Source: a virus. Taken from it: 64,000 bases of DNA. A program made the translations under genes and the position numbers. The notes below the pieces were generated by a model. The model was given only the letters and a program-made list of their open reading frames with translations. It was not told the origin of the DNA and ran no database searches. The stretch lies in the IMG/VR virus record IMGVR_UViG_3300028920_000027, positions 118,336-182,335 of that record; one strand, written 5' to 3'. This document shows, piece after piece, positions 1-8,563 of the stretch. Each line of letters begins with the position of its first letter. Positions within the stretch are counted from its first letter, which is position 1.

Positions 1-2
1 CG

Positions 3-344
3 GAAGGTGAGTGGACCTTCGACCAGGGGTCCGCATGCTACAAAGACACTGTGTCCATGAGGGCACGCACCAAAAAGGTACCGAAGCCCATCACCCTGTG
101 TGAAGCTACGAAGGAACACCCAGCCCAGGTTCAGCTTGCCCACGAGGACATCATTGTTGGCTACTGGCATCAAACCGCACTCTCCGGGGCCATCCCCCGT
201 ACGCGTGCACAAGAGCTGCGAGACAGGGTTGAAACCTTGTTGGCGGCCATCAAAACAGCGCGGGAAACCGCCAACCACGTCGAGGCCCCGAAGAAAGAAG
301 CGGGTGCCGTGATCTTCCGCTACCTTTTCCGGAAGGAAAGCTAA
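3..344 (+). CDS. Conserved hypothetical protein, 5'-truncated by the window edge (resembles the family I recall as DUF7873)
   Basis: Frame is open from base 3 (EGEWTFDQGSACYKDT..RTKKVPKP..EATKEHPAQV..EDIIVGYW..SGAIP). Family name is from memory only. Confidence 0.65.
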   Translation, partial: EGEWTFDQGSACYKDTVSMRARTKKVPKPITLCEATKEHPAQVQLAHEDIIVGYWHQTALSGAIPRTRAQELRDRVETLLAAIKTARETANHVEAPKKEAGAVIFRYLFRKES

Positions 345-412
345 CCTGCCTCCGTGGTGGCAACCCCTTACCCAAGGAGGTTCATCTACATCCTGCTGCG
401 ACCCCAACAAGG

Positions 413-450
413 GGTACCGGGGGGGCTTTTAGGCCCCTGAGGATTTCAAC
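413..450 (+). CRISPR. Solitary CRISPR repeat (array-1 type)
   Basis: GGTACCGGGGGGGCTTTTAGGCCCCTGAGGATTTCAAC versus array-1 consensus GGTACCAGGGGCTTCTAGRCCCCTGAGGATTTCAAC. The last 20 nt match exactly; no second repeat follows. Confidence 0.85.
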
Positions 451-868
451 AAGACTACCTAAGCTGAAGCTAAGACTGAGACTGACGACCCTTGGAGTTA
501 AGTGTTGGTTCGATCCCAGCCCCGCCGACCGAGTCCCGCGGGCTCCTTCCCCGGATTGAGTCCCGGGCTCTCACCCTCTCATCGGCGGGTAGCCCAATCT
601 GGCAGAGGCACTCCGTAGCCGGGTCTACCTGATGCCTGAGACTTGGTAGAAAGCTGACCAAAAGCGGTGGTCTCGCTCATCGACCGTTACCTCGACAATC
701 TTCGTGGATGTGGGTTCAAGTCCCTCCGGGCCAGCTCTGTCGAGTAGGGTCCGAACCACCCCCTCCCCCTTGGGTGGCTCCTTACTCGGCAGAGCTGGCC
801 TGTAGCTCAATGGCAGAGCACACGAACTTTAGATCTGATCGAGGTCGACCCTGTGGAGCAGTAGTCTT
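451..868 (+). ncRNA. Structured RNA with two tandem circularly permuted tRNA-like modules (YrlA/Y-RNA-like architecture)
   Basis: Module 1 (494-614): T-arm 504-520, acceptor-like helix 521-528/582-589, D-arm 592-609, GGAGT/ACTCC closing stem. Module 2 (701-826): T-arm 710-726, ~23-bp helix 727-749/780-802, D-arm 805-819, TTCGTG/CACGAA closing stem. AAGACTAC (451-458) pairs with GTAGTCTT (861-868). Confidence 0.75.
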
Positions 869-1027
869 CGGACTGAGACCAAACCGAACATCAATCCTAA
901 TACGACTGATCACAGAACCCGGGGAGCCGGCTATGCTCCTCGGGTTCGCCTATTTTGAGGACCGCGATGTTCAGGCTCGCCAAAAGTTGTTGACAGGGTG
1001 GGGAGTGGGGACTACAACAATCCCCAC

Positions 1028-1372
1028 GTGACAGAGTTTGGAGAGCACGTTCGGGCTCGCCGTGAGGCGGCGGGGCTATCGGTACGTCAGTTGGCCAAGC
1101 AAGCAGGTCTCGACCACAGCTACTTGAGCCGACTGGAGCTGGCCAAGGTCGGGACCTACCCCCCTTCGGAGGGGAAGGTCCAGGAGTTGGCCAAGGTGCT
1201 GGGCGAAGACCCAGACGTCCTGCTTGCGATGACGGGTCGAGTTTCCCGGGAGCTACTCAAGGTGATCTTGAGCCGCCCCCGGGAGTTTGCTCAGCTTATC
1301 CGGCAGCTCAAAGACGCACCGGCCAACGCCATCCTCAGGGTGGTCCGAGAAGTGCGGGATGGAGAGTGGTAA
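1028..1372 (+). CDS. XRE-family helix-turn-helix transcriptional regulator
   Basis: FGEHVRARREAAGLSVRQLAKQAGLDHSYLSRLE; GTG start chosen. Confidence 0.85.
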   Translation: MTEFGEHVRARREAAGLSVRQLAKQAGLDHSYLSRLELAKVGTYPPSEGKVQELAKVLGEDPDVLLAMTGRVSRELLKVILSRPREFAQLIRQLKDAPANAILRVVREVRDGEW

Positions 1373-1373
1373 C

Positions 1374-1853
1374 ATGCTGGAATTGCACAATGATGAGCTG
1401 GTTTATGCGGTCCGCCACTCGGGATCACTCCAGAGAGCATCAGGGCAACCCTTTCCAGTGACCAGGTGCAGGTGCTCAAGGAAAAGCGTAAGGGGACCGT
1501 TCGTGACGGAGCGTGGGGTTAGCCCTGCTGTAGCTGGATCGATGGCACTCATGGGACACCTAAGTGCCGCCACCCGCGGCTTCGAGACCTGGGTCACCGA
1601 GGTGGCCCAGTCCGCGGGGATTCCCTACCTCGAAGAAGGGGAGCACCCCTCTGACTATAAGGTCATGTCGATCTCTGACGTGATGCGCCTGGTCTCGAAG
1701 CCCAAGGGGATGTGGTCGGATAACTCCCAGCTGTGCTGGGTAATCCTCAACGGGGACGGACAAGCTCTGGGTATCCGGTCAATCGATCTATATCATAACC
1801 GAGAACGCGCCTATGAGCTGGTCCGGGTGCTGGAGCGCTCCGGTGTAGAGTGA
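1374..1853 (+). CDS. Hypothetical protein
   Basis: ORF starts immediately after the HTH stop codon. Confidence 0.55.
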   Translation: MLELHNDELVYAVRHSGSLQRASGQPFPVTRCRCSRKSVRGPFVTERGVSPAVAGSMALMGHLSAATRGFETWVTEVAQSAGIPYLEEGEHPSDYKVMSISDVMRLVSKPKGMWSDNSQLCWVILNGDGQALGIRSIDLYHNRERAYELVRVLERSGVE

Positions 1854-1878
1854 GGTGTGGGGCCTTGTGCCCCGCGCC

Positions 1879-1952
1879 GTCCCCGTAGCTCAATCTGGCA
1901 GAGCACCCGCTTCTAGTTCGGGTTGTTGCAGGTTCAATTCCTGTCGGGGGCC
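1879..1952 (+). tRNA. tRNA with CUA anticodon (amber-suppressor type)
   Basis: Cloverleaf: acceptor GTCCCCG/CGGGGGC, D-arm GCTC-AATCTGGCA-GAGC, anticodon arm CCCGC-TTCTAGT-TCGGG (31-39 mismatch), T-arm GCAGG-TTCAATT-CCTGT. Followed by CCCCA, so CCA is one base out of register. Confidence 0.75.
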
Positions 1953-1955
1953 CCC

Positions 1956-2231
1956 ATGGCCACGTTTGAAGATCAAGTCGACGAGTTCATCGAGAATTGC
2001 ACTGCCATCGACGTGGGGGTCAGACAGCTTCTTCAAGAGCAGGGGGTGGAGGCCAACACCCCCGAGAATGTCGAGATCATGGCTCAGATCAACGCCAAGC
2101 TCAGCGAGGTAGTTGATCTTGTGGGGGCGCTCGTCAGGTCTGCGGGTAGCTCTTGTTCCACTGGACCTGTCGAGGCATCAGCTCAGCCACCGCATCCTGC
2201 TGTTCATCGGTCCACTGACCCTGAGCCCTAG
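1956..2231 (+). CDS. Hypothetical protein
   Basis: ATG directly after the tRNA; acidic, helical-looking sequence. Confidence 0.55.
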   Translation: MATFEDQVDEFIENCTAIDVGVRQLLQEQGVEANTPENVEIMAQINAKLSEVVDLVGALVRSAGSSCSTGPVEASAQPPHPAVHRSTDPEP

Positions 2232-2547
2232 CGTACCAATTGACCACCAGCTTTTCCTTGCTGGGGGTGTTGCGGCTGTCCACATAGATCTCGCCCATAT
2301 CACGGAACGAGATCCCTTGGTCCAGAAGGTCGGGCCGAGCATTAACCACTACGTTCTGAAGTGCTTGGAGAGCCTTCTCGGCAGAAACAAGGCTCCCAGT
2401 GAGGTGGTGAATGCGGCCGTAGCCCGTGACTGTCGTCCACACCTGGATCCCATACTGGTCCACCTCAGCATAGAGGCCATCGTGCTGACCAGACCCAACT
2501 CTCTGCTGGGCTTCTCGGGTTTTCCAATCCTTGGCGGTGATAGTCAT
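2134..2547 (-). CDS. Hypothetical protein
   Basis: 137-aa ORF with protein-like composition. Confidence 0.55.
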   Translation of the reverse strand: MTITAKDWKTREAQQRVGSGQHDGLYAEVDQYGIQVWTTVTGYGRIHHLTGSLVSAEKALQALQNVVVNARPDLLDQGISFRDMGEIYVDSRNTPSKEKLVVNWYARAQGQWTDEQQDAVAELMPRQVQWNKSYPQT

Positions 2548-2612
2548 GGATCCTCATACGATGGAAGCAACTCGTTCAGTCAAGAATGGGCCACAAATGA
2601 ATCACCGGGCCG

Positions 2613-3212
2613 GTGTACGGTGGTTTCGTGCAGGACGAACAAGAACGCCTCAAACGCGAGCTGGCCGACCTGGAATCGAAGGCTGCCTTCGTTCGCCAGC
2701 GCCTTTGCGAGTTGAACGATGACATCGTGGGCCCCTTCGGGTCCCGTGCCAAGGGCAAGCAAGACGACATCTACACATGTCGAGGGTGCGGCTTGAGCAG
2801 CAAAAATGTCGAGTGTGCAGGCATCTACTACTGCCCCAATCCCCTTTGCACGTCGAGTGGGGCCGCACCCCACCGGGCCAAGATGAAGAGCTTCCAGGAG
2901 GACAAGAACGGCCGGCACACGGTGGACCCCGACGAGATGCTTCAGGTGGGGCTCAAGTTCCTGCACGAGCACCCACCTAGTGATCTCACCGCCGCCGTGC
3001 GACGGATGCTCCCCTACTGGGCCAAGCAAGGCACTTGGGGGGCCATCGAGGCGTGGATGGAGGCGACGGGCCAGACCCTGCCCGATCACTACGAGTCGGG
3101 CTGGGGTCCCGGTCCACACCCCTGCACCAACGGCTCAGAGAAGGGCGTGGAGCCCCTGCGATATGTTCACTTGACCTCCGCCTGCTTCTCGCCGTCGGGT
3201 GACACCCCGTAG
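2613..3212 (+). CDS. Hypothetical protein with Cys cluster (putative Zn-binding)
   Basis: CRGC..C..YYCPNPLC. Confidence 0.55.
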   Translation: MYGGFVQDEQERLKRELADLESKAAFVRQRLCELNDDIVGPFGSRAKGKQDDIYTCRGCGLSSKNVECAGIYYCPNPLCTSSGAAPHRAKMKSFQEDKNGRHTVDPDEMLQVGLKFLHEHPPSDLTAAVRRMLPYWAKQGTWGAIEAWMEATGQTLPDHYESGWGPGPHPCTNGSEKGVEPLRYVHLTSACFSPSGDTP

Positions 3213-4099
3213 CCCATCTTTTTCAGCTCCTTTGCCATGTCACATTCATCGCCGGGGAGCATCGATCGGGGCTCAGGCTCGGGCCCCTCATCCGATTTCA
3301 TCAGCGCCTTGACGTGGGTATGTGCCGGGCTGCGGAACCGACTTACCTCGTCGGCCCCCTCGCGTTGAGCAGACCACACCACAATCGACGGAATATCACC
3401 AGGAGAAGTAGACTTCTCGATGTCAACCTGTCTCACGACGTATGAGACAGGTTGGTTCGTGACCATGCGTCGCCTGGCGTCTCTCACCGGGTTCGACATG
3501 AACACCACCATGCCAACCGTCAGCCGTTCGACAGGAAGGTGCACGACGGTGGAGGGGCCCACCGTGGTCTCGCTCTTCAAGTGGTTAGCGATCTCTCCAG
3601 GAAGAGGTGTGTTCCCCCGCTTCGTGCCCGGCTGGGTCGGCGTGATGAACGTTCGGGATAGGACCTGGGTTCCTTCCTGCGCTTTGACGTCTTCAGCCAG
3701 CCTTGCCTGCGATTGTTCCAGCGTGAAGGGCTGTACGCCCATGAGTTGCAGCTGCCCTCTCCAGAAGAGTCGGCGAACGCGCGAAAGGTCCGAGCCGGAG
3801 CCGGGGTCGTGGGCGCCCAATTGGTGAGCTTGGTGGAAGAATCCTGTACCCGGGATCCCCGTGTCGTGGTTAACCACAACTGCTGTGGTTAACGGGCGAC
3901 CTCGGGTGTGGTCTTCCTCGGCAATCATCGCGAGGGCATCAGGAAGGCTGCACCCCTTGGGAGTGTCCTTCAGGGCGTCGGCGATGGCACCATAGGTGGT
4001 GAGCAGCTTGAGGTGGTGGGCGAAGTAGTGGACAATCCCTCGAACCTGGGCAGCGTAGACAGCTACCCGCACGTCATCGTGCAGACCTTCGATAGGCAT
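3167..4099 (-). CDS. Hypothetical protein, possible N-terminal winged-helix-like domain
   Basis: TTYGAIADAL..EEDHTRGRPLTTAVVVNHDTGIPGTGFF. Confidence 0.5.
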   Translation of the reverse strand: MPIEGLHDDVRVAVYAAQVRGIVHYFAHHLKLLTTYGAIADALKDTPKGCSLPDALAMIAEEDHTRGRPLTTAVVVNHDTGIPGTGFFHQAHQLGAHDPGSGSDLSRVRRLFWRGQLQLMGVQPFTLEQSQARLAEDVKAQEGTQVLSRTFITPTQPGTKRGNTPLPGEIANHLKSETTVGPSTVVHLPVERLTVGMVVFMSNPVRDARRRMVTNQPVSYVVRQVDIEKSTSPGDIPSIVVWSAQREGADEVSRFRSPAHTHVKALMKSDEGPEPEPRSMLPGDECDMAKELKKMGYGVSPDGEKQAEVK

Positions 4100-4178
4100 G
4101 ATGCCTCCTGATTGTGAGCGCCCGCCAGTTTGTGCGGGCCGACACGGGACCATCCCCGCGGCACTCAAAGCCAAAGCA

Positions 4179-4613
4179 TCAAAGGATCCTCAGCGTAGAG
4201 TCCACCCACGCTACCCAATCGACGAGGCGGTAGAAGCGTTGACCCTCGATGTAGTCCAGCACGCGCCTGAGGCTCCACGGCTTCCAGTCTGGGTTGTCCC
4301 AACGCATGGGCTCGGAGTCATAGGCACGCCACTCGTTGAGTTTCCAGTTCCAGCCCACCTCGGGGCGGGGGGCACTGGAGTCAGCCCCTTTGCAGAAGAC
4401 AATAGTCCTGAAGGTAGGCATCCTCGCCGGCAGCTCCATGTTCAGCGCTCGCCTCTTCAAAAGGTAGCGTGAGTAGCTGATGAGAAGCTCGATCTCTGCC
4501 GCGGTCGGCATTCGACTCCCCTGATCAAGGCAGATGAGCCAAGGGATGGACACCCGCGGTGGAGCCACTGCGATTCCCATCTCCCTCAGTCTCTGCTCTT
4601 GGGTTGGAGTCAC
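4179..4613 (-). CDS. Hypothetical protein
   Basis: ORF with a GGTG-TAGACT promoter motif just upstream of the GTG start. Confidence 0.55.
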   Translation of the reverse strand: MTPTQEQRLREMGIAVAPPRVSIPWLICLDQGSRMPTAAEIELLISYSRYLLKRRALNMELPARMPTFRTIVFCKGADSSAPRPEVGWNWKLNEWRAYDSEPMRWDNPDWKPWSLRRVLDYIEGQRFYRLVDWVAWVDSTLRIL

Positions 4614-4936
4614 CCCTTCAGTCTACACCACGGGCCGGAACGTGGGAGTCTGACAAATGGCGAGAACAACTCCTGCGTGCCTTCACGCCCACAGCATGGC
4701 AACGCCTGATGTAGGTGAGCCGCCATCACGAGGTGGGCCCGTGCGGCGGCTCAGCATTAGGCACATCCCTCCAAAGGAGTTTTGTCTTTCCCTCCAGAAG
4801 TCGTGTCTGGGACTATTCTACACCAGTCCCGACTTATCGGTCCATACAGAACGGCTTGCGAGCACAGTCGGGGCAAATGCGGCTCACCTGCTCCCGGGTG
4901 AGCAGGGGATCAGCTGAGGCTACCTTCTGCTTGACC

Positions 4937-5221
4937 ATGCCTCTCCTGGACATCAAAACTTCTGCCACTCACCTACACTCACTTATATTTACCCACACTA
5001 ATGGCAGATTCTTTGATGAACCACTCTGGGAAGACATGAGACCTCCAATTGCTTTGAACCAGCCACAGCTTCCCTACCGCGTCGTCCGGAAGCGGGTTCG
5101 TTTCAGCGATGGGACCACGAAGGTTTTTCCTGTCAAGGTCTACAAGTTCCCTCAGGACGGAGGCACCCCTCTCAAGGTGCTGCCCTCAGAGTACGGGTTG
5201 GGGGACGCTTTCAGCTTTTGA
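4937..5221 (+). CDS. Hypothetical protein
   Basis: ORF track; internal ATG chosen. Confidence 0.45.
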   Translation: MPLLDIKTSATHLHSLIFTHTNGRFFDEPLWEDMRPPIALNQPQLPYRVVRKRVRFSDGTTKVFPVKVYKFPQDGGTPLKVLPSEYGLGDAFSF

Positions 5222-5223
5222 TC

Positions 5224-5233
5224 GGTGTATGAT
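5224..5233 (+). promoter_or_regulatory. GGTG-TATGAT promoter-like motif, 5 nt before the HD gene ATG
   Basis: Instance of the recurrent GGTG-TAnnnT motif. Confidence 0.6.
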
Positions 5234-5238
5234 CCGCC

Positions 5239-5814
5239 ATGGCGGATCGTGGCGATTGGATGCAGACGACGAGTGGGCGTGCCTTCTGGCCCCTCGACCC
5301 AAGACCCGAAGACATTTGCATTCGAGATATCGCCATTGCGTTAAGCAAGCTTTGTCGTTTTGGAGGCCACACCCACGAGTTTATCTTTTACTCTGTTGCG
5401 GAACACTGCCTCTACGGCGCCCACAACGGCGCCTTCGATTTGGAGTTGCAGCACCTGTTCTTGCTGCACGATGCCTCCGAAGCCTACCTTCAGGATCTGA
5501 TTCTGCCCCTCAAGCGCGTCCTAACGGATTACCGCAAGATCGAGGCACGTGTTGAACAGGTCATCTTCGAGAAGTTCGGACTCTGGGAAGCATTCCAACG
5601 ACGTCGAGCCGAACTGAAGGCGATCGACGACCGGATGCTCGCCACGGAACTACGGGATTTGATGGCGGACCCTCCCTACCCTTGGGCCATCGTCGAGAAC
5701 GTCAAACCTTACCCTCTCAAAATCGAACCTCGGAATGACACCCTAGCCGTAGTCGAGAGTTACCTACGATTACACCAAGACCTGTCAGAGAGGAGAGGGC
5801 TACATGCTAAATAG
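5239..5814 (+). CDS. HD-domain phosphohydrolase (YfbR/YfdR-like 5'-deoxynucleotidase family)
   Basis: QTTSGRAFWPLDPRPEDI..DIAIALSKLCRFGGH..YSVAEH..LLHDASEAY..D. Confidence 0.9.
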   Translation: MADRGDWMQTTSGRAFWPLDPRPEDICIRDIAIALSKLCRFGGHTHEFIFYSVAEHCLYGAHNGAFDLELQHLFLLHDASEAYLQDLILPLKRVLTDYRKIEARVEQVIFEKFGLWEAFQRRRAELKAIDDRMLATELRDLMADPPYPWAIVENVKPYPLKIEPRNDTLAVVESYLRLHQDLSERRGLHAK

Positions 5815-6178
5815 GGGCGAAGGGGTGGTCTACCCTCGGCGCACGTTCACCCTGAAAGCCGATGACCTCATCATTGGTCGGGTTGGAATTCGCTGTGCCG
5901 AGGAGCACGTGCGAGCGCTGCTGAAAGCGCTGCTCAAGGGCGGTTTCAAGGTTGAGCCTGGGCCGTCGGTGGATCCCTCCAAGTGTGCCGACTGCTCAGG
6001 CTACGTGCCGATGTACGTGGTGGGAGACGAGGTCTGGGCCAAAGCCATCGCCACGAAGCCTGCCCGATTCCTTTGCCTGAGTTGTCTGGAGCAACGTCTC
6101 GGGCGCCTACTACTGTTCCAGGACTTCCCTGAAGCTAACCCCACCAACCAAGCCATACACTACTTGAGGCCCCGGTGA
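5804..6178 (+). CDS. Hypothetical protein with two CxxC pairs
   Basis: CADC..YVV..EVW..LCLSCLEQRLGR. Confidence 0.6.
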   Translation: MLNRGEGVVYPRRTFTLKADDLIIGRVGIRCAEEHVRALLKALLKGGFKVEPGPSVDPSKCADCSGYVPMYVVGDEVWAKAIATKPARFLCLSCLEQRLGRLLLFQDFPEANPTNQAIHYLRPR

Positions 6179-6690
6179 AACGTCGTCTATTCCTCGAACG
6201 AGTCGACACCAAAGAAGTGCACATCGCCCACGTCACGGGTTCGGTGATGGTATGGGAAGAAGGCGACTGGAGACCACTCGGCAGTGGGGTGTCGAGGTTA
6301 GACACCACAGGTACTTATATTATCGCGCCCTTGGTCGAGATTCTTCCCCTCAAGCCCAGCTTGCGGGAAGCTCGGAAGTGGGAAGGGTATAACGACAAAT
6401 GGCACGGCCTTCGCGCCCGCGCCGCGCTCTGGGACCAACAGAGGTATGACTACGTGACCTCCTGCATGGGCCTCTTGGCTCAGTCGTGGAACTTCGTCCT
6501 CTCTTGGAACCGCAAGCTCCCTCAAAGCATCGCTCTGGTTGCCATCCAACATGACGTCGTGGATTACCAAGACCCGGGGCACGCACCGAACTGGGTCGAG
6601 ATGCTGCGGGATGAGTTCGCGAGGCAATCGAAGACCGTTCAGCCCCACCAGCTTTCCTTCTGGGAACGTATCGGCAAGGGCGAGTTCTGA
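6175..6690 (+). CDS. Hypothetical protein with C-terminal SFWERI tag
   Basis: Start and stop overlap neighbouring genes; ends QLSFWERIGKGEF. Confidence 0.65.
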   Translation: MKRRLFLERVDTKEVHIAHVTGSVMVWEEGDWRPLGSGVSRLDTTGTYIIAPLVEILPLKPSLREARKWEGYNDKWHGLRARAALWDQQRYDYVTSCMGLLAQSWNFVLSWNRKLPQSIALVAIQHDVVDYQDPGHAPNWVEMLRDEFARQSKTVQPHQLSFWERIGKGEF

Positions 6691-8447
6691 TGAACCGGGA
6701 AGCCGTTCGCATCCCACGGGCACACCGGGTTGCCTACTTCGAGAAACAGTTGCGCCTCCACCGCAACCATCCAGAATTCCGGCTCGCCGACGAGCCCTTG
6801 CGCCGCTTGATCGGCTTCTCCTGTACCTGTGGAGGATCCGAGACCTTGATTCAGATCAGCCTTGCCTCCGTCCGCGAGCTGATGCCCCAAGCGTTGCGGG
6901 CCTTCCAGAATGTCCGCAACCAGCACATGAACTACGGGTTGCGGCAAAAGAAGAGGCGAACTCGCGCCGATAAGAAAGCACGGGCCCTCCTATTCAGTCA
7001 CCTCACCAAACAGCAGAAGTGGCACTATCGGGCCCACGGCTGCATCCGCTTCACAGGTGGTGACGGGCACGAGTACGAGATCGAGCTGAACGTCTGCAAC
7101 AACGTCTACAAGCTCGAAGACGGCCATCGAAAGGTACGCTACTGCGTCGTCTTCAAGGGTCATAGAAGACTCCCCCTGTACGACCTGATGCTGGCCCAAA
7201 TGGTCATACTCAAGGTAAACCCCGACTACTTCCACGAGATCGCCATCAAGTCAGAGATCAACGACTACCGTGACGTGGGAGCCCCTCTCCAAGGTCAGCA
7301 GCTAGAAGGTGCCGCCGAAGCCGCCGAGGTGGGTCATGAGGGCGTTGTCATCCGCCGAAACGTGCAAGGGCTGGTTGAGCGCCTTCAGCAACGACTCAAT
7401 GAGTTCGAGCAGCAACGCTACACCCATCCTGAAGCCAACCTCCGCCAGCAACTTCAGGAAGTCGGGTTTGGGCGTCCCGAGATCCTGATGAACGACTTGA
7501 TCTTCAGAAAGGAGCAGGGCAACGATCAGGCGATTGAGTACGACGTTCCCCTGGGCGGGGCCGCCTACTACTTGAACTGGGACGACAGCATTGTGGCCAC
7601 GTGCGGGCCCCGCGTCATGGTGCCGCGCCTCAACCTCGATGACGTCGACTACGCAGTGGCCGTGATTGCCCTCTTGCAAGCCGCTGCGTGCTGCACCTAC
7701 GACCACTACGACCAGGTGTTGGACCACTTCCGACAGTATGATCTCCAGTTTGCCCAGGTCCTCTTTCACCCGGATGACGAGCCCGTGTTCGTCGAGTGGA
7801 TCGCGGGCGCTCGCTGGGTCCCCTACCTGACCACGGACGAGCGGGTCCCTCGGGGCAAAGCCCTTTGCCTGACCAACGCAGAGTTCCTGGGCATCATCAC
7901 CCATTGGCATGCAAACGATGGCGAACCGGCAGGGATTGGGTTCTGCGTTCTTAACAACCGGGGCGTCGTCAAGCTTAGACTTCCCCCAGATGAGGATGAC
8001 CGTGAAGACATTGATGAGGTTCAAGTGGGCCCCAGACGACCAGAGGGATGTGGTCCAGGTCCGAAAGATCTTTCAACACCACCGCTTTCAGGGCCGGAAG
8101 ATCTTCAAGGTCGGAGAGGACGGAGAGATGGGAGACCCGATGGAGGTCTTCGATCCGAGCGAGGGGAGGATGGTCGTGTCGGAGCGGATGACGTCGTTCG
8201 AGAGGATCCGGGAGAGCTCGGAGAGCTCGGAGAGCCCGGAGAGTACCTCAGGAGATGGCTCTCCTCCGAACGGCGCCGAGGTACCCAGCACCGGCAAGAA
8301 GTCAATCTCGAAGGCACCGACCTCAAAGGCCTCACGGAAGACCAGCTCCGGGACCGCCTCGCGGAAACGTACCTCGAAGAAGGCCCCGAAGAAGGCGGGC
8401 ACCAAAAAGGCCCCCACCAAGCGCGGTTTTCGGCAGACGGGCAATGA
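6690..8447 (+). CDS. Multidomain hypothetical protein; the part after ~7990 is probably out-of-frame read-through
   Basis: N-half contains ARALLFSHL..YEIE..NVYKL..YCVV..LPLYDLMLAQ. After ~7990 this frame is low-information while another frame is protein-like. Confidence 0.55.
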   Translation: MNREAVRIPRAHRVAYFEKQLRLHRNHPEFRLADEPLRRLIGFSCTCGGSETLIQISLASVRELMPQALRAFQNVRNQHMNYGLRQKKRRTRADKKARALLFSHLTKQQKWHYRAHGCIRFTGGDGHEYEIELNVCNNVYKLEDGHRKVRYCVVFKGHRRLPLYDLMLAQMVILKVNPDYFHEIAIKSEINDYRDVGAPLQGQQLEGAAEAAEVGHEGVVIRRNVQGLVERLQQRLNEFEQQRYTHPEANLRQQLQEVGFGRPEILMNDLIFRKEQGNDQAIEYDVPLGGAAYYLNWDDSIVATCGPRVMVPRLNLDDVDYAVAVIALLQAAACCTYDHYDQVLDHFRQYDLQFAQVLFHPDDEPVFVEWIAGARWVPYLTTDERVPRGKALCLTNAEFLGIITHWHANDGEPAGIGFCVLNNRGVVKLRLPPDEDDREDIDEVQVGPRRPEGCGPGPKDLSTPPLSGPEDLQGRRGRRDGRPDGGLRSERGEDGRVGADDVVREDPGELGELGEPGEYLRRWLSSERRRGTQHRQEVNLEGTDLKGLTEDQLRDRLAETYLEEGPEEGGHQKGPHQARFSADGQ

Positions 8448-8538
8448 TGCCCTGGGCAGTCAGACCAAGCCCAAGGCGGCCTCGAAGCGGGCACCTGTCA
8501 AGAAGACCACCCGGGTTCGCAAGACGACCCGCAAATGA
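7990..8538 (+). CDS. Hypothetical protein: paralog of the 8564 protein plus a Lys/Ala/Thr/Ser-rich histone-H1-like tail
   Basis: RFKWAPDD..F..G.KIFKV..GDPMEVFDPSEG aligns with KYSWDPSD..F..GYRPFAL..GEQMTEFNASAG; tail KKAPKKAGTKKAPTK. Confidence 0.6.
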   Translation: MRMTVKTLMRFKWAPDDQRDVVQVRKIFQHHRFQGRKIFKVGEDGEMGDPMEVFDPSEGRMVVSERMTSFERIRESSESSESPESTSGDGSPPNGAEVPSTGKKSISKAPTSKASRKTSSGTASRKRTSKKAPKKAGTKKAPTKRGFRQTGNDALGSQTKPKAASKRAPVKKTTRVRKTTRK

Positions 8539-8563
8539 CCCCAAAATCGGAAAGGAATGAAGG

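Noticed and set aside
494-826. True permuted tRNA genes that are re-ligated into decoding tRNAs
   Set aside because: Joining the ends would not give a canonical 7-nt anticodon loop with U33; a Y-RNA-like mimic fits better.
7560-7980. Possible capsid-protein-like segment in the 6690 ORF (VPRGKALCL..EFLG..IGFCVLNNRGV)
   Set aside because: Only a vague resemblance from memory; needs HHpred.
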